The notes: generated by a model from the sequence alone, not told the origin. Positions 20,107-30,819 are shown, numbered from the stretch's first letter. The stretch is DNA of 64,000 bases from an uncultured Beijerinckiaceae bacterium (GCA_964245015.1 CAXTMA010000001.1:383-64382); one strand, 5' to 3'. Numbers and translations are program-made.

Positions 20107-21120
20107 TCACGCGAGGCTGATGACGACCTTTCCGATGTGTTTACCGCTCCGAAGATGCGCGAAGGCGGCCTTTGCGTCATTGAACGCGAAGACGCGGTCG
20201 ATCACCGGCTTGCAGCCGGCCTGGCTCACGGCCTTGACGCAGGCCTCCAGGTTCGCACGATCTCCCACGCCGACCGAACGCACCACGGCGTTGCTGCCAA
20301 AAAGCTGGAAGTAGTCGATGCCGGCCGTGTTATCCGTTAGAAACCCCACCAGTACGATCTCGCCGCCGAGGGCGACCGCCCGCAACGACTGGGCGATGGT
20401 GCCTGCGCCGCCCACCTCGACGACGCGGTCGACGCCGGCGCCACCGCTGAGTGCCCGCGCCGTCTCGCCCCACGCCGCATCCTTGCTGTAGTCGATCACC
20501 TCATCGGCGCCGAGCGCGCGCAGCCTGTCGGCTTTCGCCGCGCTCGACGTCGTCGCGATCACGCGGGCGCCGAGCGCCTTGGCAAGCTGCAGCGCGAAGA
20601 TCGAAACCCCGCCCGTTCCCAGCGTCAGAACGCTATGCCCGACCCGGATCGGCGTGGGGCCGGACAGCGTGCTCCAGGCCGTCGCGGCGGCACAGGGCAA
20701 GGTGGCGCCCTCCTCGAAGGTGAGCCCGTCCGGGAGGCGGACAACGGCCTCTTGCGACACGACCTTGAACTCGCTGAGCCAGCCATCCTGGCCGCTGCCG
20801 TAGGCATGTTGCGCCAACGTGGAGGGCATGGGTCCGCCGAACCAGCGCGGGTGAAAAGCGCCGATGACCCGATCGCCCGGCTTGTAGGCGTCGACGCCTT
20901 CGCCGACATCGACGACCTCGCAAGCCGCGTCGCTGCCGGGCACGAGACCCGCCTTCGCCGGCTGCGGGTAGGTGCCCTGCGCGATCGCAACGTCGCGGTA
21001 GTTCAGCGAAACGGCACGCACGCGCAACAGAAGTTCACCGCGCTGCGGTCGCGGCTGCGCCTCCTCGTGCAGACGGAGGTCGTCAAGGCTGGTCAGGGCA
21101 TCGAATCGATAAGCGCGCAT
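20107..21120 (-). CDS. zinc-type alcohol dehydrogenase / NADPH:quinone oxidoreductase (MDR superfamily)
   Basis: 337 aa. GELLLRVRAVSLNYRDVAIAQGTYP and Rossmann LTLGTGGVSIFALQLAKALGARVIATTSS. Confidence 0.85.
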   Translation of the reverse strand: MRAYRFDALTSLDDLRLHEEAQPRPQRGELLLRVRAVSLNYRDVAIAQGTYPQPAKAGLVPGSDAACEVVDVGEGVDAYKPGDRVIGAFHPRWFGGPMPSTLAQHAYGSGQDGWLSEFKVVSQEAVVRLPDGLTFEEGATLPCAAATAWSTLSGPTPIRVGHSVLTLGTGGVSIFALQLAKALGARVIATTSSAAKADRLRALGADEVIDYSKDAAWGETARALSGGAGVDRVVEVGGAGTIAQSLRAVALGGEIVLVGFLTDNTAGIDYFQLFGSNAVVRSVGVGDRANLEACVKAVSQAGCKPVIDRVFAFNDAKAAFAHLRSGKHIGKVVISLA

Positions 21121-21237
21121 GTGCGTGTCCTTCGTTGGCGTCGGGCACTCATTTGACGATCAACGACCGGAAGATAAGGATACCGACCGCTTCATCACCT
21201 GAAACCACGAGTTGGAAATCTGGATCGTCTCGCCAGC

Positions 21238-22146
21238 ATGACCGCGTTCGTGAAGGCTGCCGATCTCGGCTCGTTGACGGCGGCGGCGAATGCACTCGGC
21301 CTGTCGTCGCAGATGGTCAGCAAGCACGTGGCTGACCTTGAGAAGCGGCTTGGCGCCCAGCTTCTGCACCGCACGACACGGCGGCAAAGCCTCACCGCGA
21401 TCGGACAGGCCTTCTATGAGCGATGCCGGGTGGTTCTCGCCGAGACCGAGGCGGCGGAGTCGCTCGTTCACGATCTCAGCACCACCCCGCGAGGGCAGTT
21501 GCGTGTCAACGCGCCGGAAACGTTCGGGGCCTGCAGCATGGCGCCGCTCATCAGCCGCTACCTCAAGATCCATCCCAACGTCGCGGTCGAGCTGACGCTG
21601 TCCGATCGATATGTCGACGTGGTCGACGAGGGCTATGATGCGGTCATCCGCCTGGGTCCGCTCAAGGACTCGAGCTTGGCCGCGCGCGCCCTCGCGCCCC
21701 ACCGCCTGGTCGCCTGCGCGTCGCCGGCCTACCTCGCCGAGCGAGGCATCCCTGGATCTCCCGACGACCTCACCGACCACGAATGCCTCGGCTTCGTCTA
21801 CGCATCCGGCTTGCCAAACGCGGAGTGGCATTTCGCGCGAGAAGGCCGCACCTACCCGGTCCCGGTGCGTGGCCGCTTCCGGGTCAATGACGGACGCGTG
21901 CTGCATGCCGCCGCCCTCGACGGCCAGGGCATCCTCCTGCAGGCGGAAACGACGGTGGCGGACGATCTGGCTTCAGGACGTCTCGTCCGCGTCCTGCCGA
22001 CCTACGAAGCGCCGAGCCGCCCGATGCACATCTTGTTTTCGGCGCGCCGGCCGCAGACGCCCAAGTTGCGCACGTTCATCGATATGGTCGTGGAAGCGTT
22101 CGGGACTCCGGAAAGTCCCGCTGCGACTCGTCATCTCCGACGATGA
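21238..22146 (+). CDS. LysR family transcriptional regulator (true start probably upstream CTG 21220)
   Basis: HTH FVKAADLGSLTAAANALGLSSQMVSKHVADLEKRLGAQLLHRTTR plus a LysR substrate-binding domain. Divergent from the MDR oxidoreductase gene. See the finding on its start codon. Confidence 0.85.
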   Translation: MTAFVKAADLGSLTAAANALGLSSQMVSKHVADLEKRLGAQLLHRTTRRQSLTAIGQAFYERCRVVLAETEAAESLVHDLSTTPRGQLRVNAPETFGACSMAPLISRYLKIHPNVAVELTLSDRYVDVVDEGYDAVIRLGPLKDSSLAARALAPHRLVACASPAYLAERGIPGSPDDLTDHECLGFVYASGLPNAEWHFAREGRTYPVPVRGRFRVNDGRVLHAAALDGQGILLQAETTVADDLASGRLVRVLPTYEAPSRPMHILFSARRPQTPKLRTFIDMVVEAFGTPESPAATRHLRR

Positions 22147-22231
22147 GCGTGGTTGTGCGCCCTTCGCCCCGCCTCTTGCCCTGCCGATCGAGCGGCGTCA
22201 GAACCCCATCATCCTTGAAGCGGATCGGCCG

Positions 22232-23557
22232 ATGAGTTCGCAATGCCAGCTGCACCTCGGCGCCTTCATGCGCCCCGTCAGCATCCACACCGGCGCGTGG
22301 CGCTATCCCGGCGCCTTTCCCGATGCGAACTTCAACCTCGCGCACATCGCGCGCTTCGCCCGGCGGCTGGAGGCGGCCAAGTTCGATGCCTTCTTCATGG
22401 CCGACCACCTGGCGGTGCTCAACATGCCGGTCGATGCCCTCAAGCGCAGCCATACCGTGACCAGTTTCGAGCCGTTCACGCTGCTCTCCGCGCTTGCAAC
22501 CATGACCGAGCGCATCGGTCTGGTGGCCACGGCCTCGACGACCTACGACGCGCCGTACCACATCGCCCGTCGCTTCGCCTCGCTCGACCACATCAGCGCC
22601 GGGCGTGCCGGCTGGAACGTGGTGACGACCGCCAACCCCGACGCGGCGCTGAACTTCGGGCAGACCGAGCAGATGGACCACGACGCCCGTTACGTCCGCG
22701 CCCGTGAGTTCATCGACGTCGTCACCGGCCTGTGGGACTCCTTCGCCGACGACGCCTTCGTGCGCGACGTCGCGGCCGGCATCTACTTCGACACGGCGCG
22801 GATGCACACCCTCGCCCACGAGGGTCCGAGCCTCAAGGTGCGCGGCCCGCTCAACATCGCCCGCCCCGTGCAGGGCTGGCCGGTCGTCGTGCAGGCCGGC
22901 TCATCCGAGCCGGGACGGCAGCTCGCGGCGGAAACGGCCGAGGTGGTGTTCGCCGCCGAGGCGACGCTCGATGCGGGCCGGCGCTTCTACGCCGACGTGA
23001 AGGGGCGCATGCCGGCGGTCGGCCGCGATCCCGACCACCTCAGGATCCTGCCGGCCGCCTTCGTCGTCGTCGGCGACACCGACGAGCAGGCACGGGCCAA
23101 GCGCGCCCACCTCGACGGCCTCGTGCACTACGACAGCGGCATCGGCTCGCTGAACGGGATGCTGAACTACGATGTCAGCGGCTTCGATCCCGACGGCCCG
23201 CTGCCGCCCATCCCTGAAAGCAACGCCAGCAAAAGCGGCCGCGCGCGCATCGTGGAGGCGGCGCAGAGGGAGGGGCTGACGATCCGCGAGCTGGCGCAGG
23301 AGGCCGGCAGCTATTCCGGCCTCGCCTTCGTCGGCACGGCGGCGACGATCGCCGACGGCATGGCGGAGTGGCTGCACGGCGCGGCCTGCGACGGCTTCAA
23401 CATCATGTTCCCCTATCTGCCGCAGGGCCTCGACGACTTCGTCGACGAGGTGGTGCCGGAGCTGCAGCGGCGCGGCCTGTTCCGGACGGAGTATGAGGGC
23501 GCCACCCTGCGCGAACACCTCGGCTTGCCGCGGCCGGCGAACCGGTTTTTCGGCTGA
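22232..23557 (+). CDS. LLM-class flavin-dependent monooxygenase (NtaA/SnaA/DszA family)
   Basis: Start at MSSQCQLHLGAFMRPVSIHTGAWRYPGAFPDANF. FDAFFMADHLAV and a luciferase-like TIM-barrel pattern. The 648-aa track ORF from 21611 is a run-in that overlaps lysR out of frame. Confidence 0.85.
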   Translation: MSSQCQLHLGAFMRPVSIHTGAWRYPGAFPDANFNLAHIARFARRLEAAKFDAFFMADHLAVLNMPVDALKRSHTVTSFEPFTLLSALATMTERIGLVATASTTYDAPYHIARRFASLDHISAGRAGWNVVTTANPDAALNFGQTEQMDHDARYVRAREFIDVVTGLWDSFADDAFVRDVAAGIYFDTARMHTLAHEGPSLKVRGPLNIARPVQGWPVVVQAGSSEPGRQLAAETAEVVFAAEATLDAGRRFYADVKGRMPAVGRDPDHLRILPAAFVVVGDTDEQARAKRAHLDGLVHYDSGIGSLNGMLNYDVSGFDPDGPLPPIPESNASKSGRARIVEAAQREGLTIRELAQEAGSYSGLAFVGTAATIADGMAEWLHGAACDGFNIMFPYLPQGLDDFVDEVVPELQRRGLFRTEYEGATLREHLGLPRPANRFFG

Positions 23558-23902
23558 TCGTCATCCTGCAACCGGGAAACCCGGCCCTGGCGTCGAGCGC
23601 CGGCCCGCGCAAGCCATTCATGCGGCCTGCTCAAAGGCCGCCGCTGCGGCTCGTCCTCGCTCAGGCGCACCACGCACGTCTTGCTGGCTGCGGCCGTCCC
23701 GCCATCCCTGAGCAGGCCACGCTTCACGAGGGCGACGCGGAGGCCGCAATCCGCACGTCAACGCAAACCACACGAGCGACGAGGTGCTCATGCGGGACCA
23801 CCGTGGGTGGGAAGCGTGGGGCGAACGGCTGCATGACGCGAACCTCTGATCCCAAGCGAAAGGCTTTGTGCCGCGACCGCCGCCGGGTCCAAGAAGCCGC
23901 CC

Positions 23903-25051
23903 ATGATCCGCCTGATACCCAGTCTGCCCTCGCTCTACGTCATCGTGCGGGTCGTATGGCCGCTGCCCTGGCCGCTTGCCCTCAGGCTTGGCATTGCCGC
24001 CGTCCTGCTCGCCGCGTCGCAGTACCACCTGTGGAGTCGCTTATCGTCCGGTTCCGTCTTCGCACCCGAGTTCCCGCGCCCCCTGGTGGTGCTGTTCAAC
24101 GCGGCTTTCGGTGCGATCGGGTTCCTGGCGGCCATGCAGATCGCTTTCGATCTGATCGCGCTGGTGTCCAGGGCGTTACCCGCGGGCGGTTGGGTGATCT
24201 CCGACCGGTGCCGATACGGTGCTGCCCTCGCGGCGACCCTTCTGGCGGGGGTCGCCGTGCGGCAAGCCATACGCGTGCCGCCGCTGAAGAGCGTCGAGGT
24301 GCCGATCAAGGACCTGCCGCCCGACTTTGACGGCTACAGGATCCTGCACCTGACCGATCTCCACATCAGTCGTCTCTTCCCGGCATCGTGGGCTCGTGCC
24401 GTCGTCGGGCGATCGAACACGCTCGATGCCGACCTGATCGTCGTGACGGGCGACTTCATCGACGGGTCGCTCGCGATGCGGCGCGACGACGTGGAGCCGC
24501 TGCGAGCGTTGCGTGCACGCGACGGCATCTGGGCCGTGCCCGGTAACCACGAATATTTTTTCGACCATGATGCCTGGATGCGGCACTTCGCTGGCATGGG
24601 CATACGCGTCCTGGCCAACGCCCACGCGGTTCTCAGGCGTGGTGGCGGCGCCCTCGTGGTGGCGGGAGTCACCGATCGCTCGGCGCCCGTCACCGGCCAT
24701 CGTGGTCCCGATCTCGATGGTGCTCTCGCCGGGGCGCCCTTTGGCGCACCGATCATTCTGCTCGATCACCAACCGAAGGATGCTGCTTCGGCAGCACGAC
24801 GAGGGATCGCGCTGCAACTTTCCGGGCACACGCACGGCGGCATGATCGTGGGGCTGGACCGGTTGGTCGCGCGCGGCAACGGAGGCTTCGCCTCCGGCGC
24901 CTACACGATCGGCGCCATGACGCTCTACGTCAGCAATGGGACCGCGCTCTGGCCTGGGTTCGCGCTCAGGCTCGGTCGCCCTTCCGAGCTGAGCCTCATC
25001 ACCCTTCGCCGCCGTGATGATGAACGATCGTCGGAACGTGCGGCTACGTAG
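23903..25051 (+). CDS. membrane-anchored metallophosphoesterase
   Basis: 382 aa. Four N-terminal TM helices, then calcineurin-like motifs HLTDLH, GDFIDG, GNHE, GHTHGG. Confidence 0.8.
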   Translation: MIRLIPSLPSLYVIVRVVWPLPWPLALRLGIAAVLLAASQYHLWSRLSSGSVFAPEFPRPLVVLFNAAFGAIGFLAAMQIAFDLIALVSRALPAGGWVISDRCRYGAALAATLLAGVAVRQAIRVPPLKSVEVPIKDLPPDFDGYRILHLTDLHISRLFPASWARAVVGRSNTLDADLIVVTGDFIDGSLAMRRDDVEPLRALRARDGIWAVPGNHEYFFDHDAWMRHFAGMGIRVLANAHAVLRRGGGALVVAGVTDRSAPVTGHRGPDLDGALAGAPFGAPIILLDHQPKDAASAARRGIALQLSGHTHGGMIVGLDRLVARGNGGFASGAYTIGAMTLYVSNGTALWPGFALRLGRPSELSLITLRRRDDERSSERAAT

Positions 25052-25410
25052 CTCCGCGTTGGGTGTAAGGCAGATTGTCGACCTTCGGCTATGGTTCTGC
25101 CGGTTCGGACATTTGAGTTTGGGCAAGGATTGGGTGAGCCCGGATCGGCTACTCTCAACCGCGTAGCCCGCAGGCGCCGAACATGCTCCGCTTCCAGATT
25201 GCTGTCATTCTCGACGCTCAGCAAGTCAATGATATATCGGCTCGCCAGGAGAGCGCTGGACAGAGAGTGGCGCAAAGGCCGGGATGAACCCGGCGAAGCG
25301 GGTGGGGAAAAGCGGCATGACGCTGTCCGCCGGCGGAAACGCTGCCAGCCTACTCGCCACCTCCGCTTCTTACCCATCCCAAATCCGAAAAATTTGCCAA
25401 AGCCGAGCTC

Positions 25411-25505
25411 AGAGTCCGGATCCTTCACTGGATCCGGCCCGATGCTCTCGGCCTGCCGCATCGGATTTGTCCGAAAATCGCTGCTCACGTCTCGGTCCGA
25501 TGCGC
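25411..25505 (+). repeat. composite palindromic intergenic repeat, copy a (degenerate)
   Basis: AGAGTCCGGATCC-ttcact-GGATCCGGCCCGATGCTCT, a spacer, then CGCATCGGATTTGTCCGAAAATCGCTGCTCACGTCTCGGTCCGATGCGC. Same architecture as 57817-58020. Lies between convergent genes. Confidence 0.8.
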
Positions 25506-25719
25506 CAGTCGCGGAGGACTGACCGATCAGGCTCTGGCCATCAGCGTCCGGCGCCCAACCCCTGCGACTTCCTTGATCCGTCCCGACGCGTCGGTCCGCG
25601 GACCGGTTCCGCACTGCGCCGAGGCTCGCGTCGTGTGCGGACGGGCCAGGGCGTCCGACGCACCGGCGAAAGGAAGCGAGGTGTCCCTGATGGCGCTCGC
25701 CGCCGGCGCAAATGCCGCC

Positions 25720-26673
25720 TCAGGCTGGCCGCGCGACCTCCCAGTAGACGGGCTTGCGGAAGCGGCTCTCGAAGAAGGTGGTGAAGGCACGGACCTTGGG
25801 CGACACGATCCTTTTGGGTGGGTACACGACCCAGATCCCCCGTTCGAAAACGGGCATGAGGCCCGCGTCCCACTCCGGCAGAAGCGCGACGAGCGAGCCT
25901 CGCGCGAGATCGGCATGGGCGAGCCATGTCGGCAGCACGGCGAGGCCCTGTCCGGCGAGCGCGCAGGTGAGCAGGGCCTCGGAGTCGTTGAGGCGGACAC
26001 GGCCCGACACCTTGATCGTTGCGGTCGCGCCCGTGCCGCGCTGACGGAAATGCCAGAACGCGCCGGGCTGCAGCAGCGAAACAAGCGCTTCACGGTTGCC
26101 GACGTCGGCGGGGGTCGCGATCGGATCGCAGGCGGCGAGGTACGCCGGGCTGGCGCAGAGCACGCGCTCGTGCCGCGCCAGCCGCCGCGCGATCAGGCCG
26201 GAGTCGGGGAGCGCGCCGATGCGGATCGCCAGATCGACGCCAGCCTCGATCATGTCGACATGCGCGTCGGTGAGCGTCGCCTCGACGGTGATCGCGGGAT
26301 AGGCGGCGAGGAAGGCGGGCAGGTGGGTCACGACGTGTAGACGCCCGAACGTCGCGGGAATGGTGATCTTCAATTTGCCCTGCGGGATCGCATTGAAGGC
26401 GGAGGCGAGCGCGCGGGCTTCCTCCACATTGGCCAGGATGCGACCCGACTGCTCGTGAAACATGCGCCCGATCTCGGTCAGGTGCAGGCCGTGGGTCGAA
26501 CGGTTGAACAGGGCCGCACCCACGTCCGCCTCCAGCGCCGCGATGGAGCGCGAAACGGTCGAGACCTTGACGCCAGCTTCCTCCGCCGCGCGCGAAAAGC
26601 TGCCGAGCTCTGCCGAACGGACGAAGGAGCGCATGGCGGCGAGATAATCCAAGGGACGCACCCCATCAAGCAT
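25720..26673 (-). CDS. LysR family transcriptional regulator
   Basis: 317 aa. MLDGVRPLDYLAAMRSFVRSAELGSFSRAAEEAGVKVSTVSRSIAALE and a LysR substrate-binding domain. Confidence 0.85.
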   Translation of the reverse strand: MLDGVRPLDYLAAMRSFVRSAELGSFSRAAEEAGVKVSTVSRSIAALEADVGAALFNRSTHGLHLTEIGRMFHEQSGRILANVEEARALASAFNAIPQGKLKITIPATFGRLHVVTHLPAFLAAYPAITVEATLTDAHVDMIEAGVDLAIRIGALPDSGLIARRLARHERVLCASPAYLAACDPIATPADVGNREALVSLLQPGAFWHFRQRGTGATATIKVSGRVRLNDSEALLTCALAGQGLAVLPTWLAHADLARGSLVALLPEWDAGLMPVFERGIWVVYPPKRIVSPKVRAFTTFFESRFRKPVYWEVARPA

Positions 26674-27587
26674 GGCAACGGCGATGAAGATCTTCGGGGT
26701 GACCGAAGCAAGAGTTCATTGGGACGGCATCATCGCAGCGGGTCGCCCGAGTCGCCGCAACGCCGGCACCGCGGCAAGTCATGGGCGCAACCTCGCTCGC
26801 CCGACGTTGGAGGCGGACCGATATCGGCGGCGGTCGCAAGCCGAACCTCCTCCTATCGAGGGAGAACGAACCGGCGAACGGGATGGCGGTGCGCTCCGCC
26901 GCGTGCGACGGCGCCCGCCTCGGCATCGCACGCACAGGTCCGCCGACTCTGCGGGCTGACATGATCGTCCCGGCGGCGAAGCGGTCGTCGCAGTTCCAGG
27001 GCAAGCTGAAGCATGTCGGCAGCCTGTCGCCGGACGTGAAGCTCACCGGCTGACTCGACGGCCTCGTGCGGGAACGGAAGGCGTCACGAACCGGGAACGC
27101 CCTGCCGGGCGGCCAGTCGCCTCCGCCGTCGATGGGGCGCCAAGCAGCCCGAAATTCCGGCCTCTGCGGTCAGCCGCACGCAGGTGCGAGCGAAGGCCGT
27201 GGTTGCCGGCAGTTGGTTGCGGCCGCGATCATGGCGTCATCGAGTTCGCGCAAGATCCCGGGTTCGCCGCGGGAGGTGGACGGGTCACATCACCGGACGA
27301 AGGATGGCACCTCCTTCGGCATTGGAAAGGCCGAAACATCGGCCAGCTGTTCGGCGAATGAAACTGGCTCCGTGCGAGGCCGCATCGAAGCGTCTGCGGA
27401 TCCGGCGGTGGACATGGGCGAAACCGCTTTTCGGGTCTTCCGGGCCGCGCAAGCGTCGGTGGTCTATCCCGGTCAAGGTCGCCGAAGGAACGGAAACGCC
27501 GAGACTTGCCGCCGCGAGCTAACCATCACTTCACCTGTTCAATCTAACCTATATCAAGTGACGCGTCGGAGAGGCCCGTCCCCGGAG

Positions 27588-28583
27588 ATGAGAGCCGTGC
27601 GTGCGCTCGCGATGTCGATGATCCTGATGGGCACGGCGACACAGGCGATGTCCGATAGCGACCGCGCGGCGTATCGGCGTCCCACGCAGATCCCGTTTCC
27701 CGCCTCCAATCCGTATACGCCGGAGAAGGCCGCGCTCGGCAAGGCACTCTTCTTCGAGCCGCGCCTGTCCGGCGCCGAGAACATGACCTGCGCCTCCTGT
27801 CATAATCCCTCGTTCGGCTGGGAGGCCAGGAACAAGACGGCGGTCGGCGCCCAGAACACCCGCCTGCCGCGCCACGCGCCGACGATCCTGGATACGGCCT
27901 GGGTCCACCCTTTCTTCTGGGATGGTCGGGCGCCAACCGCCGAGGCGCAGGCCCGCAGCCCCATCCAGAACCCCGCCGAAATGAACCTGCCGCTCGACGA
28001 GGCCGCGGCGAGGCTGAAGGCGATCCCCGGCTACAACGCGCGCTTCCAGCGCATCTTCCCTGGAACAGGGGTGACCCCCGACACGATCGTGGCGGCGCTG
28101 GCCACCTACGAGCGCACGGTTGTGTCGGGCTACGCGCCGTTCGACGCCTGGATCGACGGCGACGAAACCGCGATATCGCAAGCCGCCAAGCGAGGCTTCG
28201 TGATCTTCACGACCAAGGGGCAGTGCGCCGCCTGCCATCCCGGCTGGAACTTCACCGACAACAGATTCCACGACACCGGGACGACCCTGACGGACATCGG
28301 CCGCGGCCTATTGGAACCCGACAATCCCCTGGCGCGCTTCGCTTTCAAGACGCCGTCGCTGCGCGACACGGCGCAGCGCTCGCCCTACATGCATTCGGGT
28401 CAGTTCGCCACGCTTGAGGATGTCGTGGCGCACTACGTCGGCGGCGGCATCGACAGGCCTTCGAGGTCGCCGCTCATGGGCCCCGTTCCGCTGACGCCCT
28501 CAGAGCAGACCGATCTCGTCGACTTCCTGAAGACCCTTTCGGGATCCAAGCAGGCCGTCGTGCTTCCGATCCTGCCCAACTGA
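27588..28583 (+). CDS. di-haem cytochrome c peroxidase (CCP/MauG family)
   Basis: Start at [22 protein letters not shown] (signal peptide, GGAG just upstream) inside ORF 27066-28583. Two CxxCH motifs (CASCHNP, CAACHPG) and the FKTPSLRD motif. Confidence 0.85.
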   Translation: MRAVRALAMSMILMGTATQAMSDSDRAAYRRPTQIPFPASNPYTPEKAALGKALFFEPRLSGAENMTCASCHNPSFGWEARNKTAVGAQNTRLPRHAPTILDTAWVHPFFWDGRAPTAEAQARSPIQNPAEMNLPLDEAAARLKAIPGYNARFQRIFPGTGVTPDTIVAALATYERTVVSGYAPFDAWIDGDETAISQAAKRGFVIFTTKGQCAACHPGWNFTDNRFHDTGTTLTDIGRGLLEPDNPLARFAFKTPSLRDTAQRSPYMHSGQFATLEDVVAHYVGGGIDRPSRSPLMGPVPLTPSEQTDLVDFLKTLSGSKQAVVLPILPN

Positions 28584-28584
28584 G

Positions 28585-30390
28585 ATGCCGATCTTCCGCC
28601 GTTTCCTTCTCGCCTTCGGGCTGATCATCACGATCGGTGCGATCCAAGGCACCACGACCTATCTCAGCGTGAGGTCCCTGTCGGCGGATCTGGCCGGCGC
28701 GACCCGCCTGCCGATGGAACGCGTCGACGCGGCGTGGCGGGCGTCGGAGGCCTTCCGCGAAGCGGACGATTTCCTGAACTACGCCCTGGAAGGGGTGCGT
28801 GACGCCGACAGCTCCGAACTCGTCGGACGCTTTCAACAGCTGAGCCGGCTGGCTCAGGCGCAGCTGGCCCGTCTGGTCGGCAGCACAGGCGAGTGGTCCG
28901 ACGCCAGGCGCGAGACCAAGCACCTGGAGCATGAGACCATCGCGACCTTCGAGGGCTGGCAGGCGGCCGGGCTCGTCCTGCTCGGGCAGGGAACGCCCCA
29001 AGGAACGCCCCAAGGGACTCCGCTGGCCGTACCGGCGCCGCACGTGATGGAGCACCGCGGGAGCGTCATCCGGTCGAACCTTCAAAACCTCATCGTCGCT
29101 TCGCAAACGCAGGCGGCGGCCGCGCGCGTCAAGATCGAGTCCCAGGCTCAACGCACGCAGGTTCTGTCCGTCCTCATCGCCTCGTTCGGCATCGTGGTCG
29201 GCCTCGCCATCGCCTATCCCCTCGCGCTCGCCCTCACCCGACCCCTGCACCTGCTGCAACGTCGGATGCGCGCGATGGTCGCCGGGGACCTCGATGCGCC
29301 GGTCTCGGGCACCAGCCGTTCCGACGAGATCGGCAGCATCGCCACGGCCCTTCAGTTCATGCGCGACCGCCTGATCGAGCGTCGCCGCATGGAAGAAGAG
29401 GCGGCCGCCTTCGGCCGCGAGCAGAACGAGCTTCTCGCTCATCTCGGCCACGTCCTCGATCGCGTCGCGAGCGGAGATCTCACCGTGCGCATGTCGGCCT
29501 GCGAGGGGTCGCGCTATGCGAAACTGCAATCCGACCTCAACATCGCCATCGAAGGGATCGAGACCGCCGTTCTGACCGTCGCCAATTCAACCTACGAGCT
29601 GTTCGGTGGGTCCAAGGCGATCACGGAAACGACGAGCGATCTGGCGCAACGATCGGAGCAGCAGGCCGTGCGGCTGCGAGCCGCCGTCACCGCGCTGAAC
29701 GACATCAGCAGCGCCATCCGCGGCACGGCTGCCAACACCAAGCTGGCGAGCGATGCCGTGTCGGCGGCCAATTTCGAAGCCGATCGCGCCGGCGATATGA
29801 TGCGCGGCGCCACCAGCACGATGGTCGGCATCGAAGCCTCCTCCGGCCGCATCTCAAGCATCGCGGCAACGATCGACGGGATCGCCCATCAAACCAGCAT
29901 CCTGGCGCTGAATACCGCGATCGAGGCAGCCCGAGCCGGCGAGATGGGCCGAGGCTTTGCCGTCGTCGCGGTTGAGGTCCGAGCGCTTGCCGAACGCAGC
30001 GCCGTCGCGGCCGACGAGATCAAGGCGTTGATCAAGCAGGCGTCGACGGACATGCGATACGGCGTCGGCCTGATCGAGCGCACCGGCGAGGTGATCGCAT
30101 CCATCATGGGTCGCGTGTCCAGCATCGATGATCTCGTCGCCGATGTCGCGGAAGCCGCCAAGGGCCAGGCGTCGGCGCTGGAAGGCGTCGTCTTTTCGGT
30201 CACGCAAGCCGATCGGGCGATCCAGCAGAACGTGAAGATCGGTGATTCGTCAGCCGTCTCGGTCCAGCAACTTCACGACAGGACAGCCACGCTCGCCGGC
30301 CTGGTCCGCCACTTCAAGATCCGGCAGCCGGTGCAGGGCGAGCCCGGAGGCGGTGGGCGACTCGTCGCCTATGGCAGTAAGCGCTTTTAA
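28585..30390 (+). CDS. methyl-accepting chemotaxis protein
   Basis: 601 aa. N-terminal TM, periplasmic domain, second TM, HAMP. Conserved signalling hairpin [43 protein letters not shown]. Starts 1 nt after the CCP stop. Confidence 0.9.
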   Translation: MPIFRRFLLAFGLIITIGAIQGTTTYLSVRSLSADLAGATRLPMERVDAAWRASEAFREADDFLNYALEGVRDADSSELVGRFQQLSRLAQAQLARLVGSTGEWSDARRETKHLEHETIATFEGWQAAGLVLLGQGTPQGTPQGTPLAVPAPHVMEHRGSVIRSNLQNLIVASQTQAAAARVKIESQAQRTQVLSVLIASFGIVVGLAIAYPLALALTRPLHLLQRRMRAMVAGDLDAPVSGTSRSDEIGSIATALQFMRDRLIERRRMEEEAAAFGREQNELLAHLGHVLDRVASGDLTVRMSACEGSRYAKLQSDLNIAIEGIETAVLTVANSTYELFGGSKAITETTSDLAQRSEQQAVRLRAAVTALNDISSAIRGTAANTKLASDAVSAANFEADRAGDMMRGATSTMVGIEASSGRISSIAATIDGIAHQTSILALNTAIEAARAGEMGRGFAVVAVEVRALAERSAVAADEIKALIKQASTDMRYGVGLIERTGEVIASIMGRVSSIDDLVADVAEAAKGQASALEGVVFSVTQADRAIQQNVKIGDSSAVSVQQLHDRTATLAGLVRHFKIRQPVQGEPGGGGRLVAYGSKRF

Positions 30391-30406
30391 GGCTTCGCAA
30401 CCTTGA

Positions 30407-30610
30407 ATCTCGGCGAACGACTTCGCCGAAGCGATCCTCAAGGGGACGATACCGGGCGGTCGCACCGACATGCGGATGGCCCGCGTCTTCGCCCACTGCC
30501 TGGGAACGCTGCAGATGGCCCGCTTCGTCGTCGACGAGGCGTTCTCGGACGCGATCCTGGCGCGCGGGCGAGCCGATGCTTTGCGCTTGGCGGGTGTTGA
30601 TCCCGTGGAT
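30407..30610 (+). pseudogene. C-terminal remnant resembling a TetR-family regulator ligand-binding domain
   Basis: Frame open from 30407: ISANDFAEAILKGTIPGGRTDMRMARVFAHCLGTLQMARFVVDEAFSDAILARGRADALRLAG. This resembles the last helices of TetR proteins. No HTH-coding part lies upstream because the MCP gene ends at 30390. Confidence 0.3.
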
Positions 30611-30819
30611 CGACCTCCCGCAGGAGCCGGCGATCCGCGCCTACGCTCCGTTCGCGAAACCCACTCCTTCGCGCGAAGCGCAAATCTTAAGAGAACGCCG
30701 TCTTTTCTGCCGGCAGGGATCGCCGGCGTTTGCCGCCGGCGCCCGGGCGGCCTATCTTGGCTTGGCCGGGCCGCCCTTCTGCCGGCTTCCGGCACCCTCG
30801 CGGGACGACAGTGTCGAGC

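Noticed and set aside
21611-22231. The 5' 200 codons of the 648-aa track ORF 21611-23557.
   Set aside because: This part overlaps the LysR gene out of frame and reads as low-complexity Arg/Ser/Pro. The monooxygenase family N-terminus (MSSQCQLHLGAFMRP...) starts at 22232.
25052-25410. A visibly lower-GC ~0.35-kb patch after the metallophosphoesterase gene. It has a minus-strand peptide-like stretch (YIIDLLSVENDSNLEAEHVRRLRA) that could be a remnant of a foreign gene.
   Set aside because: The fragment has no start or stop structure and no recognisable family. It is too short to call and is noted only as unassigned DNA next to repeat copy a.
26883-27053. A possible 56-aa small ORF (MAVRSAACDGARLGIARTGPPTLRADMIVPAAKRSSQFQGKLKHVGSLSPDVKLTG) in the 0.9-kb gap between lysR and the peroxidase gene.
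   Set aside because: Third-position G/C bias is compatible with coding, but the only GGAG-like sequence is 18 nt from the ATG and no family is recognisable. It cannot be told apart from a chance ORF. The gap 26674-27587 stays unassigned.
27066-27587. The N-terminal 174-codon extension of the cytochrome c peroxidase ORF, and likewise 6804-7022 in front of oxc.
   Set aside because: The extensions have no homology-like content. A signal peptide with a GGAG site (CCP) and the conserved family N-terminus (Oxc) mark the internal starts.
27588-28583. The idea that the di-haem peroxidase marks a methanobactin-like (MbnH) or MauG-type peptide or quinone-cofactor maturation locus.
   Set aside because: No MbnB/MbnC-like, MbnP-like or amine dehydrogenase genes are adjacent. 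The neighbours are a LysR regulator and a chemoreceptor.
28987-29022. In-frame 12-bp tandem repeats: (QGTP)x3 in the chemoreceptor periplasmic domain. A similar case is the (GAGL/M)-type repeats at 39688-39735 in the cyoC N-terminus.
   Set aside because: These are short in-frame low-complexity expansions in loop or tail regions. They are likely neutral length polymorphisms, not regulatory features.
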